Virus record (IMG/VR): IMGVR_UViG_3300017700_000389
Span: 1 to 44,265 of that record
Length of the DNA stretch: 44,265 bases
Reading direction: 5' to 3' (one strand)
DNA from: a virus
Taxonomy: Duplodnaviria > Caudoviricetes
Part shown: piece after piece, positions 9,916 to 17,973 of the stretch
How the letters are laid out: every line of letters starts with the position of its first letter
Numbering within the stretch: position 1 is the first letter of the stretch
Translations under genes and position numbers: made by a program
The notes under the pieces: generated by a model
The model's database searches: none
What the model saw: only the letters and a program-made list of their open reading frames with translations
Told to the model about the DNA's origin: nothing

Positions 9916-10168
9916 TTTTGGGAGCCTGCTGGGCGTCACTCCAGTTGAAACCCTCAATACCCACAAGGCTTGTTCCTGTTTCTAGCCGTAAGGCCCGGGC
10001 AGCGCATGTATTGAAAAGTTACGGTACTTACCGTACAAATCAGGCTCTCAAAAATTGCTCGTCTTTCCGAGCCGTCAACCCTACTGTACTTTTACGTCGA
10101 ACTTTCTAGGGTATTCCCGACGTGTCGTGATCGCGAGTTTATTACGCTCCCACCACAACAATCACCAC
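9916..10168 (-). ncRNA. Candidate structured RNA in the intergenic region upstream of the DNA polymerase gene
   Basis: Several stems: 9916-9928/10041-10053, 9954-9960/10008-10014, 10020-10035, 10057-10072, and interleaved 10078-83/10107-12 with 10094-99/10118-23. Confidence 0.4.
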
Positions 10169-10169
10169 C

Positions 10170-10628
10170 TTACTGAACAATGATGTCAGTAACAGAACCG
10201 TAGACGCGATCCGGATCTTTCTTGTCCTTGCGGTTCTTGACATTGCAAGCAATGGTCAGTTCCGTCATGTCATCACGGATCAGTTCGCCCAAGTTGGTTT
10301 TGCCAAAGTGTTCAGCAAAGGGCTTGAGAATCTTCTTGAGATTGCCCAAGCCGAACTTGTTGTCAATGAAGAACACAGTGGAGAACTTGGTGCCCACAGG
10401 AACTGCAACGGTGTTGACAGGGTCTTTCAGTTCCACTGTTTCCACCACTTCCAGCAGCGCTTCCACTGCCGGTTTGTCCGCCACTTCCTTGGCGTCCATC
10501 GTGATCTTCAGAATGTAACTGCCGGGAGGAGGAGTTTCAAAACTGGGGAGATCGGCGAGGTCGTCGATGCTGGTAGCGAAGAGGTCGTCAATGCTTGCAA
10601 AGCCTTTGTCGTCTTGATTGTCAGCCAT
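10170..10628 (-). CDS. Putative single-stranded DNA-binding protein (DUF669-like)
   Basis: Acidic N-terminus then PPPGSY and a beta-rich OB-like pattern ending ...KKDPDRVYGSV; located between the Sak4-like ATPase and the polymerase. Confidence 0.55.
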   Translation of the reverse strand: MADNQDDKGFASIDDLFATSIDDLADLPSFETPPPGSYILKITMDAKEVADKPAVEALLEVVETVELKDPVNTVAVPVGTKFSTVFFIDNKFGLGNLKKILKPFAEHFGKTNLGELIRDDMTELTIACNVKNRKDKKDPDRVYGSVTDIIVQ

Positions 10629-10709
10629 GATAGAGTTTCCTAAATGGTAAGGAGATTGATGAATGTGAGGAAGATTCCTCGTTCGAGTAGTTGGTAGTAA
10701 GTTACCAGC

Positions 10710-10988
10710 TCAATCAGTTACCAACACCGCTTGGTAGTTGTCCGTAAAGTCCGCGTCCTTGCAAGGATAGACTTCACCAGAAGGTGAACGGATCAACCAG
10801 TCACCAACGTCAGCTTGTTGCCAACCAGTGTTGGATTTCACGTGGATGCTATCTGTTTGTGGTATAGGTACAATGGTACCATCCACCAAACCACCGATGA
10901 ACCAGTCAGGATATCCCCGAGTGTGGCTGTAATCTGGCGGTAGTTTCCAAGCGTCCACTACTTTCGGTTTGCTTTGATACTTAGGCAT
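10710..10988 (-). CDS. PGDYG-like small phage protein
   Basis: KPKVVDAW...VGDWLIRSPSGEVYPCKDADF..NY pattern. Confidence 0.75.
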   Translation of the reverse strand: MPKYQSKPKVVDAWKLPPDYSHTRGYPDWFIGGLVDGTIVPIPQTDSIHVKSNTGWQQADVGDWLIRSPSGEVYPCKDADFTDNYQAVLVTD

Positions 10989-10996
10989 GTTAACTC

Positions 10997-11530
10997 CTAG
11001 CGACGGAAGTCAACAGTAGCGCCCAGCAGTTCCTTACCAGCAGAGCGATCTTCCTGCAAGTGCGAGTAGCAGCCAGCGTAGCCAGCAACATCCAAGATGG
11101 AATCGAAGTGATCGGGACTTTTGGCAAGCCGTGCCATCTTCACACCAATCATCAACAGTGCAACGTCTTCAGGAGTGATGACGGAATCTGGCAGCATCTT
11201 CGGCGCCAAGATACCTTGCCAGATCATGGAAATCTGCGAGAAGTTCTGCAGCTTGTTGCCGTACTCTTGCTCGCGTGGGCCGCTGATAGTTTCCTGTGCC
11301 TGCTGCAGCATGGGCTTGGGAGTAACCGTTGGTGCTGGTTTGTCAACCAATCCACGCAACACTGCATTGTCAGCAGTCTGCTGCGGCAACACATGCTCAG
11401 CAATGCAAACACCAGGAAAGTTGTTACCCTTAGGGGTGGATACCTTGGTGACGCGAGGTACGCCGCCTTTGGTTTCAACCGTGACTGCTATTTTCTTACC
11501 AAGCAGTGGTGATTTCTTTTTCGTCATCAC
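10997..11530 (-). CDS. DUF6378-like protein (possible nucleotide hydrolase fold)
   Basis: REQEYG..QNF..I...W, PEDVALLM..VKMAR, DSILDVAGYA. Confidence 0.75.
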   Translation of the reverse strand: MMTKKKSPLLGKKIAVTVETKGGVPRVTKVSTPKGNNFPGVCIAEHVLPQQTADNAVLRGLVDKPAPTVTPKPMLQQAQETISGPREQEYGNKLQNFSQISMIWQGILAPKMLPDSVITPEDVALLMIGVKMARLAKSPDHFDSILDVAGYAGCYSHLQEDRSAGKELLGATVDFRR

Positions 11531-11544
11531 TTGACTCCTTCAAC

Positions 11545-11718
11545 TCAGATGAACTTAGCATCTTTTGTGCCACGTTCGAAAGTAGAAACAGCCTTGTCAC
11601 CAGCAACTTTGCAGCTTTGCTGCGTTGCGAACGGGACTGCCACCATAGCCATCGAGTCTTTTTCAGACATAGCTCCGATACTCAGAAAGAGTACCATATA
11701 CCAAACAGGTGTAATCAT
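11545..11718 (-). CDS. Small exported or membrane-anchored protein, 57 aa (not in ORF track); may extend to 11527 by read-through
   Basis: MITPVWYMVLFLSIGAMSEKDSMAMVAVPFATQQSCKVAGDKAVSTFERGTKDAKFI; ATGA overlap with upstream stop; fills the gap between neighbours. Confidence 0.7.
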   Translation of the reverse strand: MITPVWYMVLFLSIGAMSEKDSMAMVAVPFATQQSCKVAGDKAVSTFERGTKDAKFI

Positions 11719-12512
11719 GTGAATAGCTCCAAAAGTGAAGGGGTTTCTTGTTTCTCCAGTTCCTTGCCAGTCCTGGAGCCTAGCACAATGCTGCCGCTGT
11801 ACGTGGTACTGCTTGCTGCTTTGTGTTTCTTGTTGACGATATCAGTGTAAACCACATCATCAAAATACTTTGCAAAGGTCTTGGAGAATTGGGAAGTTCC
11901 AGCAATAGGAACCAGTTTCTTTTTCCCGTCTTCCATTTCCACCAAGTTCTCATGAGTAATGACTACTACATGGAATGGTGCCTGCTGCAGGATCGAAAAG
12001 ATACGATCAAGGATGCGTCCTTGTTTTGCGTAGTCATCCCAATCTGGTTTCACATCGTAGTTGTCCTTGAGGATGAGTGCCCGCTGGATGTAGTTCATCG
12101 CACTAGCAGACAGTTGACTGCCACTGTCAAGGACGAGAACATCCTCATTGGTGAAAGTACCAACGTCGATACTAGTAGACCCTTCGGCGCCCAGCCCTTT
12201 GCAGCGTGCACAAGCAACCTGTCCGTGAGCATGGCAGATGCTCTTGCTTCCACCCTTGATGACATGCAGCATCGTTTCGATGGCAACAGGAAACACCTGA
12301 GTGTCCGGAATGCGGAAGAGTTCGATGTTGTCGAACCATTCGGGTTTCATCCGTGGAGAGGATAGTAGAGTTTTAATACCATCCTCGAAGTCGAACCACC
12401 AAAGTTTCTTGATGCTTGCAAGTTGACCAACCAGATCAGTCTTGCCAGTTTTGGGTGGTCCGTAGACAAGGATCTTGCGAGCCGCTGATGGTTTGTAGTG
12501 TTGGAGTTTCAT
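11715..12512 (-). CDS. AAA_24/Sak4-like ATPase (recombination protein)
   Basis: Walker A YGPPKTGKT, FDFEDG, Walker B VLVLDSGSQL, ITHE, FDDVVY. Confidence 0.85.
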   Translation of the reverse strand: MKLQHYKPSAARKILVYGPPKTGKTDLVGQLASIKKLWWFDFEDGIKTLLSSPRMKPEWFDNIELFRIPDTQVFPVAIETMLHVIKGGSKSICHAHGQVACARCKGLGAEGSTSIDVGTFTNEDVLVLDSGSQLSASAMNYIQRALILKDNYDVKPDWDDYAKQGRILDRIFSILQQAPFHVVVITHENLVEMEDGKKKLVPIAGTSQFSKTFAKYFDDVVYTDIVNKKHKAASSTTYSGSIVLGSRTGKELEKQETPSLLELFT

Positions 12513-13672
12513 GCTCGTTCCTTAGTTTGTGCGGCAACCAATTCTGCCAACGTAAATGAGAAGTCAACACTCTCAAGGCCGTGAATGTCTGTGAGTATCG
12601 GAGCTTCAACGCCATGAAACAGACTAGTGTTTCTCATATGGCAACTTCCATACCACTCACACTGACGGTTGTACTTGTTAATGCAAGACTCACCACGCTT
12701 AGGGTAGAATCCCAGTTCCTTGTACTTGTCAATCATCGCGTGGTCAAGGAGAAGATCTTGCAACCACTCTGCTCGCTGTGTACGATTCTTGGTGAATGGC
12801 AGGAGTTGAAACTCCCGAGCCTTGGAACTGTAGACTATGTAGAGGACTTCGTAATCCGGGTCAGTAAGTCCAAGGTTGCCAGCAATAGCATCAACCACGA
12901 CAGAATATCCAAGAGCTTGGTAGCTATTTCCGTATGTGGCGTCTTTAACAGTTTCGAAACCAGTGGTCTTACCTTCCCAAACAGCAAGTCTTCCAGAAGT
13001 ACGATGACGCAGAATAACATCAATGTGACCAAAGTGATAGTAACCATTTTGTGTGTCCACTGCAAACGCCAGTTCCACGGCTGGCTTGCCGTTTGGAAGT
13101 ACGAACACTTCCCAATCTGCCAGTTCATTTGCCATGAACCAACCAAACTTTTCAACAGCGTACAGTGCCCAAGTCAGAGACTTGTTGGCAGTAGCATTGC
13201 CATTGGCATCTGTCTTCTCCGCATCGTATGGTGCTTTCCAGGCCATCCAACATGCCAGTTGTCCTGCTTGTAGGGAACCGGTAGCAGCATACGTTTGAAT
13301 ACCAGCACCGACAGCGTGACCAAAGGCAAAGTCAATGTTCTCTTGCATTGCTTCTGCTGCAATGTCGATGCTCGCAGGAAGATTCTGATGGAGAACTTCC
13401 AACTCGTACAGTCGTGGGCAGTCATGCAGCATCGACAGCTTGGAGTAACTAGTGACGTTACCATGCGCAATGAGGCGGCGATAGCCTTTGTCACTAGTGT
13501 TTGCGCTTATCCTTTTAGCTGCTGCAATTTGTTCAGCAGTCGCTGGTGTGCGGTCAGTACTGGTGCCTCCGTTTGCGGAGAAACTACTGGAACTATCGGC
13601 ACCGTAAAAGACCTCATCCAGTCGAGAGAAGATTGCGTCTCTTGCAGCATTTCCTGAGGCATTGGTTTCCAC
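12509..13672 (-). CDS. Cas4-like PD-(D/E)XK exonuclease
   Basis: SYSKL...CPRLY, FGHAV, GHIDV...EGKTT, QxxxY and C-terminal C..C..C cluster; GTG start with AGGAG RBS. Confidence 0.85.
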   Translation of the reverse strand: METNASGNAARDAIFSRLDEVFYGADSSSSFSANGGTSTDRTPATAEQIAAAKRISANTSDKGYRRLIAHGNVTSYSKLSMLHDCPRLYELEVLHQNLPASIDIAAEAMQENIDFAFGHAVGAGIQTYAATGSLQAGQLACWMAWKAPYDAEKTDANGNATANKSLTWALYAVEKFGWFMANELADWEVFVLPNGKPAVELAFAVDTQNGYYHFGHIDVILRHRTSGRLAVWEGKTTGFETVKDATYGNSYQALGYSVVVDAIAGNLGLTDPDYEVLYIVYSSKAREFQLLPFTKNRTQRAEWLQDLLLDHAMIDKYKELGFYPKRGESCINKYNRQCEWYGSCHMRNTSLFHGVEAPILTDIHGLESVDFSFTLAELVAAQTKERA

Positions 13673-14040
13673 TTACGACTCCTAAATTCTAATGCTTTTT
13701 GATACTCTTGGAAGTAGCTGAAGCTTTCATACTCTGACATTCTGTTGAATAGTCCTAAGCACGCACGACAATGCAAGTGCAGACCTGTTCCAACATTGAA
13801 GTTCTTACACAAGAAACACAATCTGCAGAGTGGAAACTGGTATCCTAACTCCGTGGCAAACTGCGAAGGATATTGTCTCACAGGCTTCAACAGCGCGTAC
13901 GTTACTTGTTCTGCTACTGACCAGTTGATTGCATAACCTGGAGGTCGTGCATTCCAAGGAAACAACAAACTACGATCCCGAACTGCAATCGCATAAGATG
14001 TTGCCCACTTCAACGTACTACTGTAGAATGGACTTGGCAT
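13507..14040 (-). CDS. Hypothetical Cys-containing protein
   Basis: CRLC and CRAC motifs; fills the gap in the operon, but the 3' end overlaps the nuclease gene by 166 nt. Confidence 0.5.
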   Translation of the reverse strand: MPSPFYSSTLKWATSYAIAVRDRSLLFPWNARPPGYAINWSVAEQVTYALLKPVRQYPSQFATELGYQFPLCRLCFLCKNFNVGTGLHLHCRACLGLFNRMSEYESFSYFQEYQKALEFRSRKWKPMPQEMLQETQSSLDWMRSFTVPIVPVVSPQTEAPVLTAHQRLLNKLQQLKG

Positions 14041-14128
14041 TGTTGTCTACCTTACTAGCAAGCCTACAAGCAGTGCAATGAAACAAGTACACTTTGTGTT
14101 TCGGACAAGGCACTAGCAATTGGATCAC
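14018..14128 (-). CDS. Tiny putative zinc-binding peptide, 36 aa (not in ORF track)
   Basis: GTG start overlapping the upstream TGA; VIQLLVPCPKHKVYLFHCTACRLASK with CxxH and CxxC. Confidence 0.45.
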   Translation of the reverse strand: MIQLLVPCPKHKVYLFHCTACRLASKVDNNAKSILQ

Positions 14129-14463
14129 AGCATATCCATTGTCAACTGCGCCGCCTTCTTGGAAGCAGATGCTTTCCCCTTAGTACCAGTGCTTGCGGCC
14201 ACAAGAGTCGTGTCAGTGACGATCTGTTGGGCACTCATAATTTTCCCGATCTCTTCATCTTTCAGCAAATGCACCAGTTCCTCATGACCAATCATAAGGC
14301 GGTGGATTTCACCAAGATGAACTTTCATCTGCGGGTCTTTGTCCAGCATCGCAGTTTCCAACAGTGACAGGCGCTGGATAATAGCGTTGTACTGGGGCGA
14401 TTGCGTTGACTGGCTGGCGCCATCGCCAGTGGTGGTTGTAACGAGTTGCGTTGCGTCAGTCAT
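14125..14463 (-). CDS. Hypothetical helical protein, 112 aa
   Basis: ATG at 14463 with GGAGG RBS; ends QLTMDML. Confidence 0.75.
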   Translation of the reverse strand: MTDATQLVTTTTGDGASQSTQSPQYNAIIQRLSLLETAMLDKDPQMKVHLGEIHRLMIGHEELVHLLKDEEIGKIMSAQQIVTDTTLVAASTGTKGKASASKKAAQLTMDML

Positions 14464-14713
14464 GTTGACCTCCCGTAGTATCCGAACTGCTCCACATGCC
14501 GGGCAGTTCTTGGTCATCAGTAGACTGCTGGTTCTCACCAGCAATGTCTGCGTCTGTCGGTCGCTGTTCCAGAGTATGTACAAGCTCTACCAATCCTGGA
14601 TCTACTGGTTTGCTGTGCTCTTCGCAAGCCCAGATGCCAGCAACACCTTTAGCATTCTGACGATACACAGAAGTACCATCAGCGGGACCCTTACCACAAG
14701 TAATGCACTTCAT
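14456..14713 (-). CDS. Small zinc-finger protein
   Basis: CITC...WACEEH; tightly packed in the operon. Confidence 0.7.
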   Translation of the reverse strand: MKCITCGKGPADGTSVYRQNAKGVAGIWACEEHSKPVDPGLVELVHTLEQRPTDADIAGENQQSTDDQELPGMWSSSDTTGGQHD

Positions 14714-14714
14714 A

Positions 14715-15140
14715 TCAAATCACTCCAAAGGAAACATCACTGTTCAGTGGTGGAAGTCCACGCTTCTTACGCAGTGCGTCAAGGTAAATCTTACAAGTAG
14801 CATCAACCTTGTTACCATCGAACTGGATCTTCAAATCCAACGCATCATTCATGATGCTAACAAAGTCTTCTGCTTGATGTGCCATTGCCCAGGATACTGC
14901 GATCCACAGTGTGGGCCAGTAGTCATTGAGTTCTCGGCGCAGTGCATTGTAAGATTCAGGAAACAAGTAAATCTTCTTGCTGAAGTCTGCCTTGTCACCA
15001 ACAATGTTGTGAGCAGAACTGCCAGTATCGTCAGGTCCCGCAATTGTCTGTGGTTTGAATGCTGCGAGCTGTCGGTTTTGTTCTTCCAATAGTTTGCTGG
15101 CAGTGGAAGGAACGAAGATGTTTGGTGTTGCTTTAGACAT
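14715..15140 (-). CDS. Hypothetical protein
   Basis: 141 aa ORF abutting both neighbours. Confidence 0.75.
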   Translation of the reverse strand: MSKATPNIFVPSTASKLLEEQNRQLAAFKPQTIAGPDDTGSSAHNIVGDKADFSKKIYLFPESYNALRRELNDYWPTLWIAVSWAMAHQAEDFVSIMNDALDLKIQFDGNKVDATCKIYLDALRKKRGLPPLNSDVSFGVI

Positions 15141-15146
15141 TAGTAG

Positions 15147-15821
15147 TTACCTTGTTACCTTGAGGCTGCGTAGTGTTGCTGGTTGGGGTGCTAACACCAA
15201 TGCTTGTTTGCGCTTGTAATCAGTAGCAACTTCTTGCGTATAAGCATCCGGGTCCGTATCTGCACACGTGTCACCTGACTGTACGTCAGTATATAACCAA
15301 GCTACAATCTCTGCTTGAGCTGCCTGCTTTGCCAGTGCAGCGGCTACTGCTTGGCGCGCGTAGTCTTGAGTTTCTTCTTTGGTGTAGCCGCGAGGTACGC
15401 CGACTGCCAAATAACCGCATCCATCGTGTTCACTGGAAGCTGGAAACTTCCCGCATTTGTTACAGTAGTAGCCAACAACTTCTTGCAATTCTGGTAACTC
15501 CACCGCCAAAAATGCGGGTGCGGCGGCCCTGTCCTTGGTTTTTGCCAGTGCTGCTTCCAAGGCATCTGCTATGTGCCCAAGATTCGTGTGGAATCCTTGT
15601 TTGCGACAAGCTCTTGCCCAAGCAATAAGCTCCACAGGAGTAGGAACTACTCCTGTTTTGTCCTCATTCGCTCTTGTCATTTCACGTACTTCGTCTTCCA
15701 GTTGTGTGATTACCAGTTCTGCTTGACGAATGAAACCATGGTAAGATTTCAGGTAACTGACACGTTGCATGTGATCCAGTTGATTCAACAAAGCAGCATG
15801 CTTGTAAGTCTTGTCAGCCAT
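15147..15821 (-). CDS. Hypothetical early protein, 224 aa, with CxxC...HxxC segment
   Basis: ATG at 15821 with AGGAG RBS; mosaic-type phage protein (CNKC...HDGC, IVAWLY). Confidence 0.7.
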   Translation of the reverse strand: MADKTYKHAALLNQLDHMQRVSYLKSYHGFIRQAELVITQLEDEVREMTRANEDKTGVVPTPVELIAWARACRKQGFHTNLGHIADALEAALAKTKDRAAAPAFLAVELPELQEVVGYYCNKCGKFPASSEHDGCGYLAVGVPRGYTKEETQDYARQAVAAALAKQAAQAEIVAWLYTDVQSGDTCADTDPDAYTQEVATDYKRKQALVLAPQPATLRSLKVTR

Positions 15822-15822
15822 G

Positions 15823-16029
15823 TTAGTAACTCCTTCCAAAATCACGAGCATCTTCTGCTGCGTTGCGTTCACGAAACTCCCGCGACTCGATACTCCCAAC
15901 ATGACTGGCCGCCCGATCAGCAGCCTGTCGAATCTTGCGATGCTCCCGCTCGGAGATTGCATCGAGGATCGTTTCCAAACTGCGCTGCATTACAGCTTTG
16001 CCAGTAGGAATGATGTTGGGATTGTTCAT
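15823..16029 (-). CDS. Hypothetical protein
   Basis: Fills the gap in the operon; weak RBS, start uncertain. Confidence 0.45.
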   Translation of the reverse strand: MNNPNIIPTGKAVMQRSLETILDAISEREHRKIRQAADRAASHVGSIESREFRERNAAEDARDFGRSY

Positions 16030-16051
16030 GATAGTGGAGAGGGAGGAAGTC

Positions 16052-16240
16052 TTAGCGAACAAGAAATTGAATCCAGTTGATGGCATCCGCAGTGTACGCA
16101 GCAGGAACTGCTACATCTTCTGGGACGTTGGTTACAAGAGTGGAGCAGCCACTGAGGAAGAGTGACAGGGTAGCAGCTACTACGAGAATAATCAGGACTG
16201 CTACGCAGAATCCTAGAATACCATCATCATAGCGTTTCAT
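16052..16240 (-). CDS. Small predicted lipoprotein, 62 aa
   Basis: MKR, hydrophobic stretch and lipobox LSGC; ATGA coupling to the upstream gene. Confidence 0.65.
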   Translation of the reverse strand: MKRYDDGILGFCVAVLIILVVAATLSLFLSGCSTLVTNVPEDVAVPAAYTADAINWIQFLVR

Positions 16241-16416
16241 GGTAGGTACTTCCAAGCAAGGTATGTTGCAGTCAGCGTAGTCTGCACTACCCACAAATTT
16301 GCAAGTACTGCATACAGATCAGTCCAACTGCGGTAGATAGCACGACTGCCATGTACACACAGGAAACGATACAGGGAGTAAAGTAGTCCGAACTCAAATA
16401 CAAGTGCTGCAATCAT
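16237..16416 (-). CDS. Small membrane protein, 59 aa
   Basis: Two hydrophobic segments; ATGA coupling on both sides. Confidence 0.6.
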   Translation of the reverse strand: MIAALVFEFGLLYSLYRFLCVHGSRAIYRSWTDLYAVLANLWVVQTTLTATYLAWKYLP

Positions 16417-16607
16417 TTCGAATCCTTGGTGATAGCAATGGTGGCTTGGATGCAACGCATCGCTGGGGTGTACGAAGTTGTCTCGTCTACCAGCTTACGG
16501 ACACGTTCGCATTCTGCTGCAGTAGAGAACCGCTCAACCACAGTAGTGTTGAATCTTTCGTACTTGCCCACGGACATCAGCAGCCAAAGAGTAACAGTAG
16601 TAATCAT
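16413..16607 (-). CDS. Small exported two-Cys protein, 64 aa
   Basis: Hydrophobic N-terminus, FSTAAEC...MRCIQ; ATGA coupling. Confidence 0.65.
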   Translation of the reverse strand: MITTVTLWLLMSVGKYERFNTTVVERFSTAAECERVRKLVDETTSYTPAMRCIQATIAITKDSK

Positions 16608-16876
16608 AACCGGGATCCATCCCAACTTAACTTGAAATAGATGACAACAAAACCCTTGGGGATTTCATTCTCACGCGATGCTTTGACAATACGAATCTCA
16701 AGGTTCCCAGCAAATGGCATGCCCAATTTCTTCTTACTTGCAGTCTCAAGACTCTTCTCCTTGAGTACCGCATTTTTCAGTGTGTTCACTGAGGATTCAT
16801 GGCAGCGTACTGGTACTTCCTGCCCAACCTTTACAGCCTTGATACTTTCCCAGATTGGTTGATACTTACGGGGCAT
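16604..16876 (-). CDS. Hypothetical basic protein
   Basis: 90 aa ORF with GAGG RBS, overlapping neighbours in operon fashion. Confidence 0.75.
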   Translation of the reverse strand: MPRKYQPIWESIKAVKVGQEVPVRCHESSVNTLKNAVLKEKSLETASKKKLGMPFAGNLEIRIVKASRENEIPKGFVVIYFKLSWDGSRL

Positions 16877-17165
16877 TGGTAGTGTCCTCTAATGCTGGGA
16901 GCGTTGCAATCACTTCGTAACTTACTGCGTTTCGTTTCTTCTCACGTAGAAAGAACGTGGCAACAGTGTTTTCTTTATCCAGTTCGAGACTCACAACAAG
17001 AGGCTCCAACTCAGGATCAAGAAAGCCTAGTTTACCCATTTGGTCTTTATAGTCTTTCCACTTACGGAGCAACGATACCCTAACCACTGCCGCTTGCTTG
17101 TCTGTTAGTACCAGAGCAATCTTACGGTCAGCAACTAGGGCATCGAAGATTTCGACAAGAGTCAC
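16866..17165 (-). CDS. Hypothetical protein
   Basis: 99 aa ORF, GTG start, operon packing. Confidence 0.7.
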   Translation of the reverse strand: MTLVEIFDALVADRKIALVLTDKQAAVVRVSLLRKWKDYKDQMGKLGFLDPELEPLVVSLELDKENTVATFFLREKKRNAVSYEVIATLPALEDTTNAP

Positions 17166-17171
17166 AGCGAC

Positions 17172-17534
17172 TCAGTTCGCAGCAATGTGTTCCAGATACT
17201 TGATGACTGCCAGTTTCTTGTACTGAACATGGAAGCCATTGACATGAGGAGTCAAACGAACACGACGCTTGCCACCCTTAGGGGTCAGTGCCGCTGCTTC
17301 GATAGCATCCAGCTTGTAAGCATTGCGCCGCGCATCCATGCGAGCGTTGCCATCCTTGGAAACGTAAGTGCCAAGACGAGGAGATTCGTGCAGCACGATA
17401 GTGCTTTGGCGCTTGAACTCCTTGCGAGCAGCAGATGGTGTAAACTCTGGCTCTTTGAAGTAACCAGCGAAACCAACAGCAGCAATCAGAGATTGAATCA
17501 ATTGGATTTTACCGAAAGGAGAAATGTTTGTCAT
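17172..17534 (-). CDS. Hypothetical basic protein
   Basis: 120 aa ORF with AAGGA RBS. Confidence 0.75.
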   Translation of the reverse strand: MTNISPFGKIQLIQSLIAAVGFAGYFKEPEFTPSAARKEFKRQSTIVLHESPRLGTYVSKDGNARMDARRNAYKLDAIEAAALTPKGGKRRVRLTPHVNGFHVQYKKLAVIKYLEHIAAN

Positions 17535-17574
17535 GATGGTTCCTTAGAAGTTTCGAGAGTGGGAGGGCGCGCTG

Positions 17575-17766
17575 TTAGTGAACAGGCTTACGGAAGAGAG
17601 CAGGAACCTTGTGGAGTTCTGCCTTACGAGCAGCAATCGCATTGGCGCGACTGGCTTCAGGATCGTGACTGCGATAGGCGCTGACACTTGTTGCTTTCAC
17701 AGTGCCATCGCGCAGCAGTTGCTGGCGGAGAGTTGCAGGAATGGAATCACGTTTGCTTTGTGCCAT
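17575..17766 (-). CDS. Hypothetical basic protein
   Basis: 63 aa ORF with AAGGA RBS. Confidence 0.65.
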   Translation of the reverse strand: MAQSKRDSIPATLRQQLLRDGTVKATSVSAYRSHDPEASRANAIAARKAELHKVPALFRKPVH

Positions 17767-17927
17767 GATAGTTGATGTTCCTTGAAGTTGATTGATAAGG
17801 AGAAGTTAAGATAAAGAACTACTACTCGCACATGAGATTTAACACGGTGCCTTGCATTTCTGCCTGTTGGTCGCAGTAGAATAGTTCGTTGATACAACTA
17901 AACCAGAGCTTTATCTTACCCTCTCAT

Positions 17928-17973
17928 AATAAGAAAACCCCGGAGCCAGTATTGCTACCAGCGTCCGGGGTTT
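17928..17973 (-). terminator. Rho-independent terminator after the 18037-18747 gene
   Basis: Minus strand AAACCCCGGA-cgCUGGUA-GCAA-UACUGGc-UCCGGGGUUU followed by UCUUAUU. Confidence 0.8.

Noticed and set aside
5281-11530. DNA base-modification pathway suggested by NTP-PPase, DUF6378-like protein and unusual polymerase
   Set aside because: No PurZ, thymidylate synthase-like, deazaguanine or glycosyltransferase genes seen; both proteins are common in unmodified phages
11545-11547. Genome-wide stop codon reassignment
   Set aside because: All large genes are intact in the standard code and TGA, TAG and TAA all serve as coupled stops; no suppressor tRNA seen
12509-13672. Cas4-like nuclease as part of a CRISPR system
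   Set aside because: No repeat-spacer array or other cas genes; solo Cas4-like nucleases next to Sak4-like ATPases and SSB are ordinary phage recombination modules
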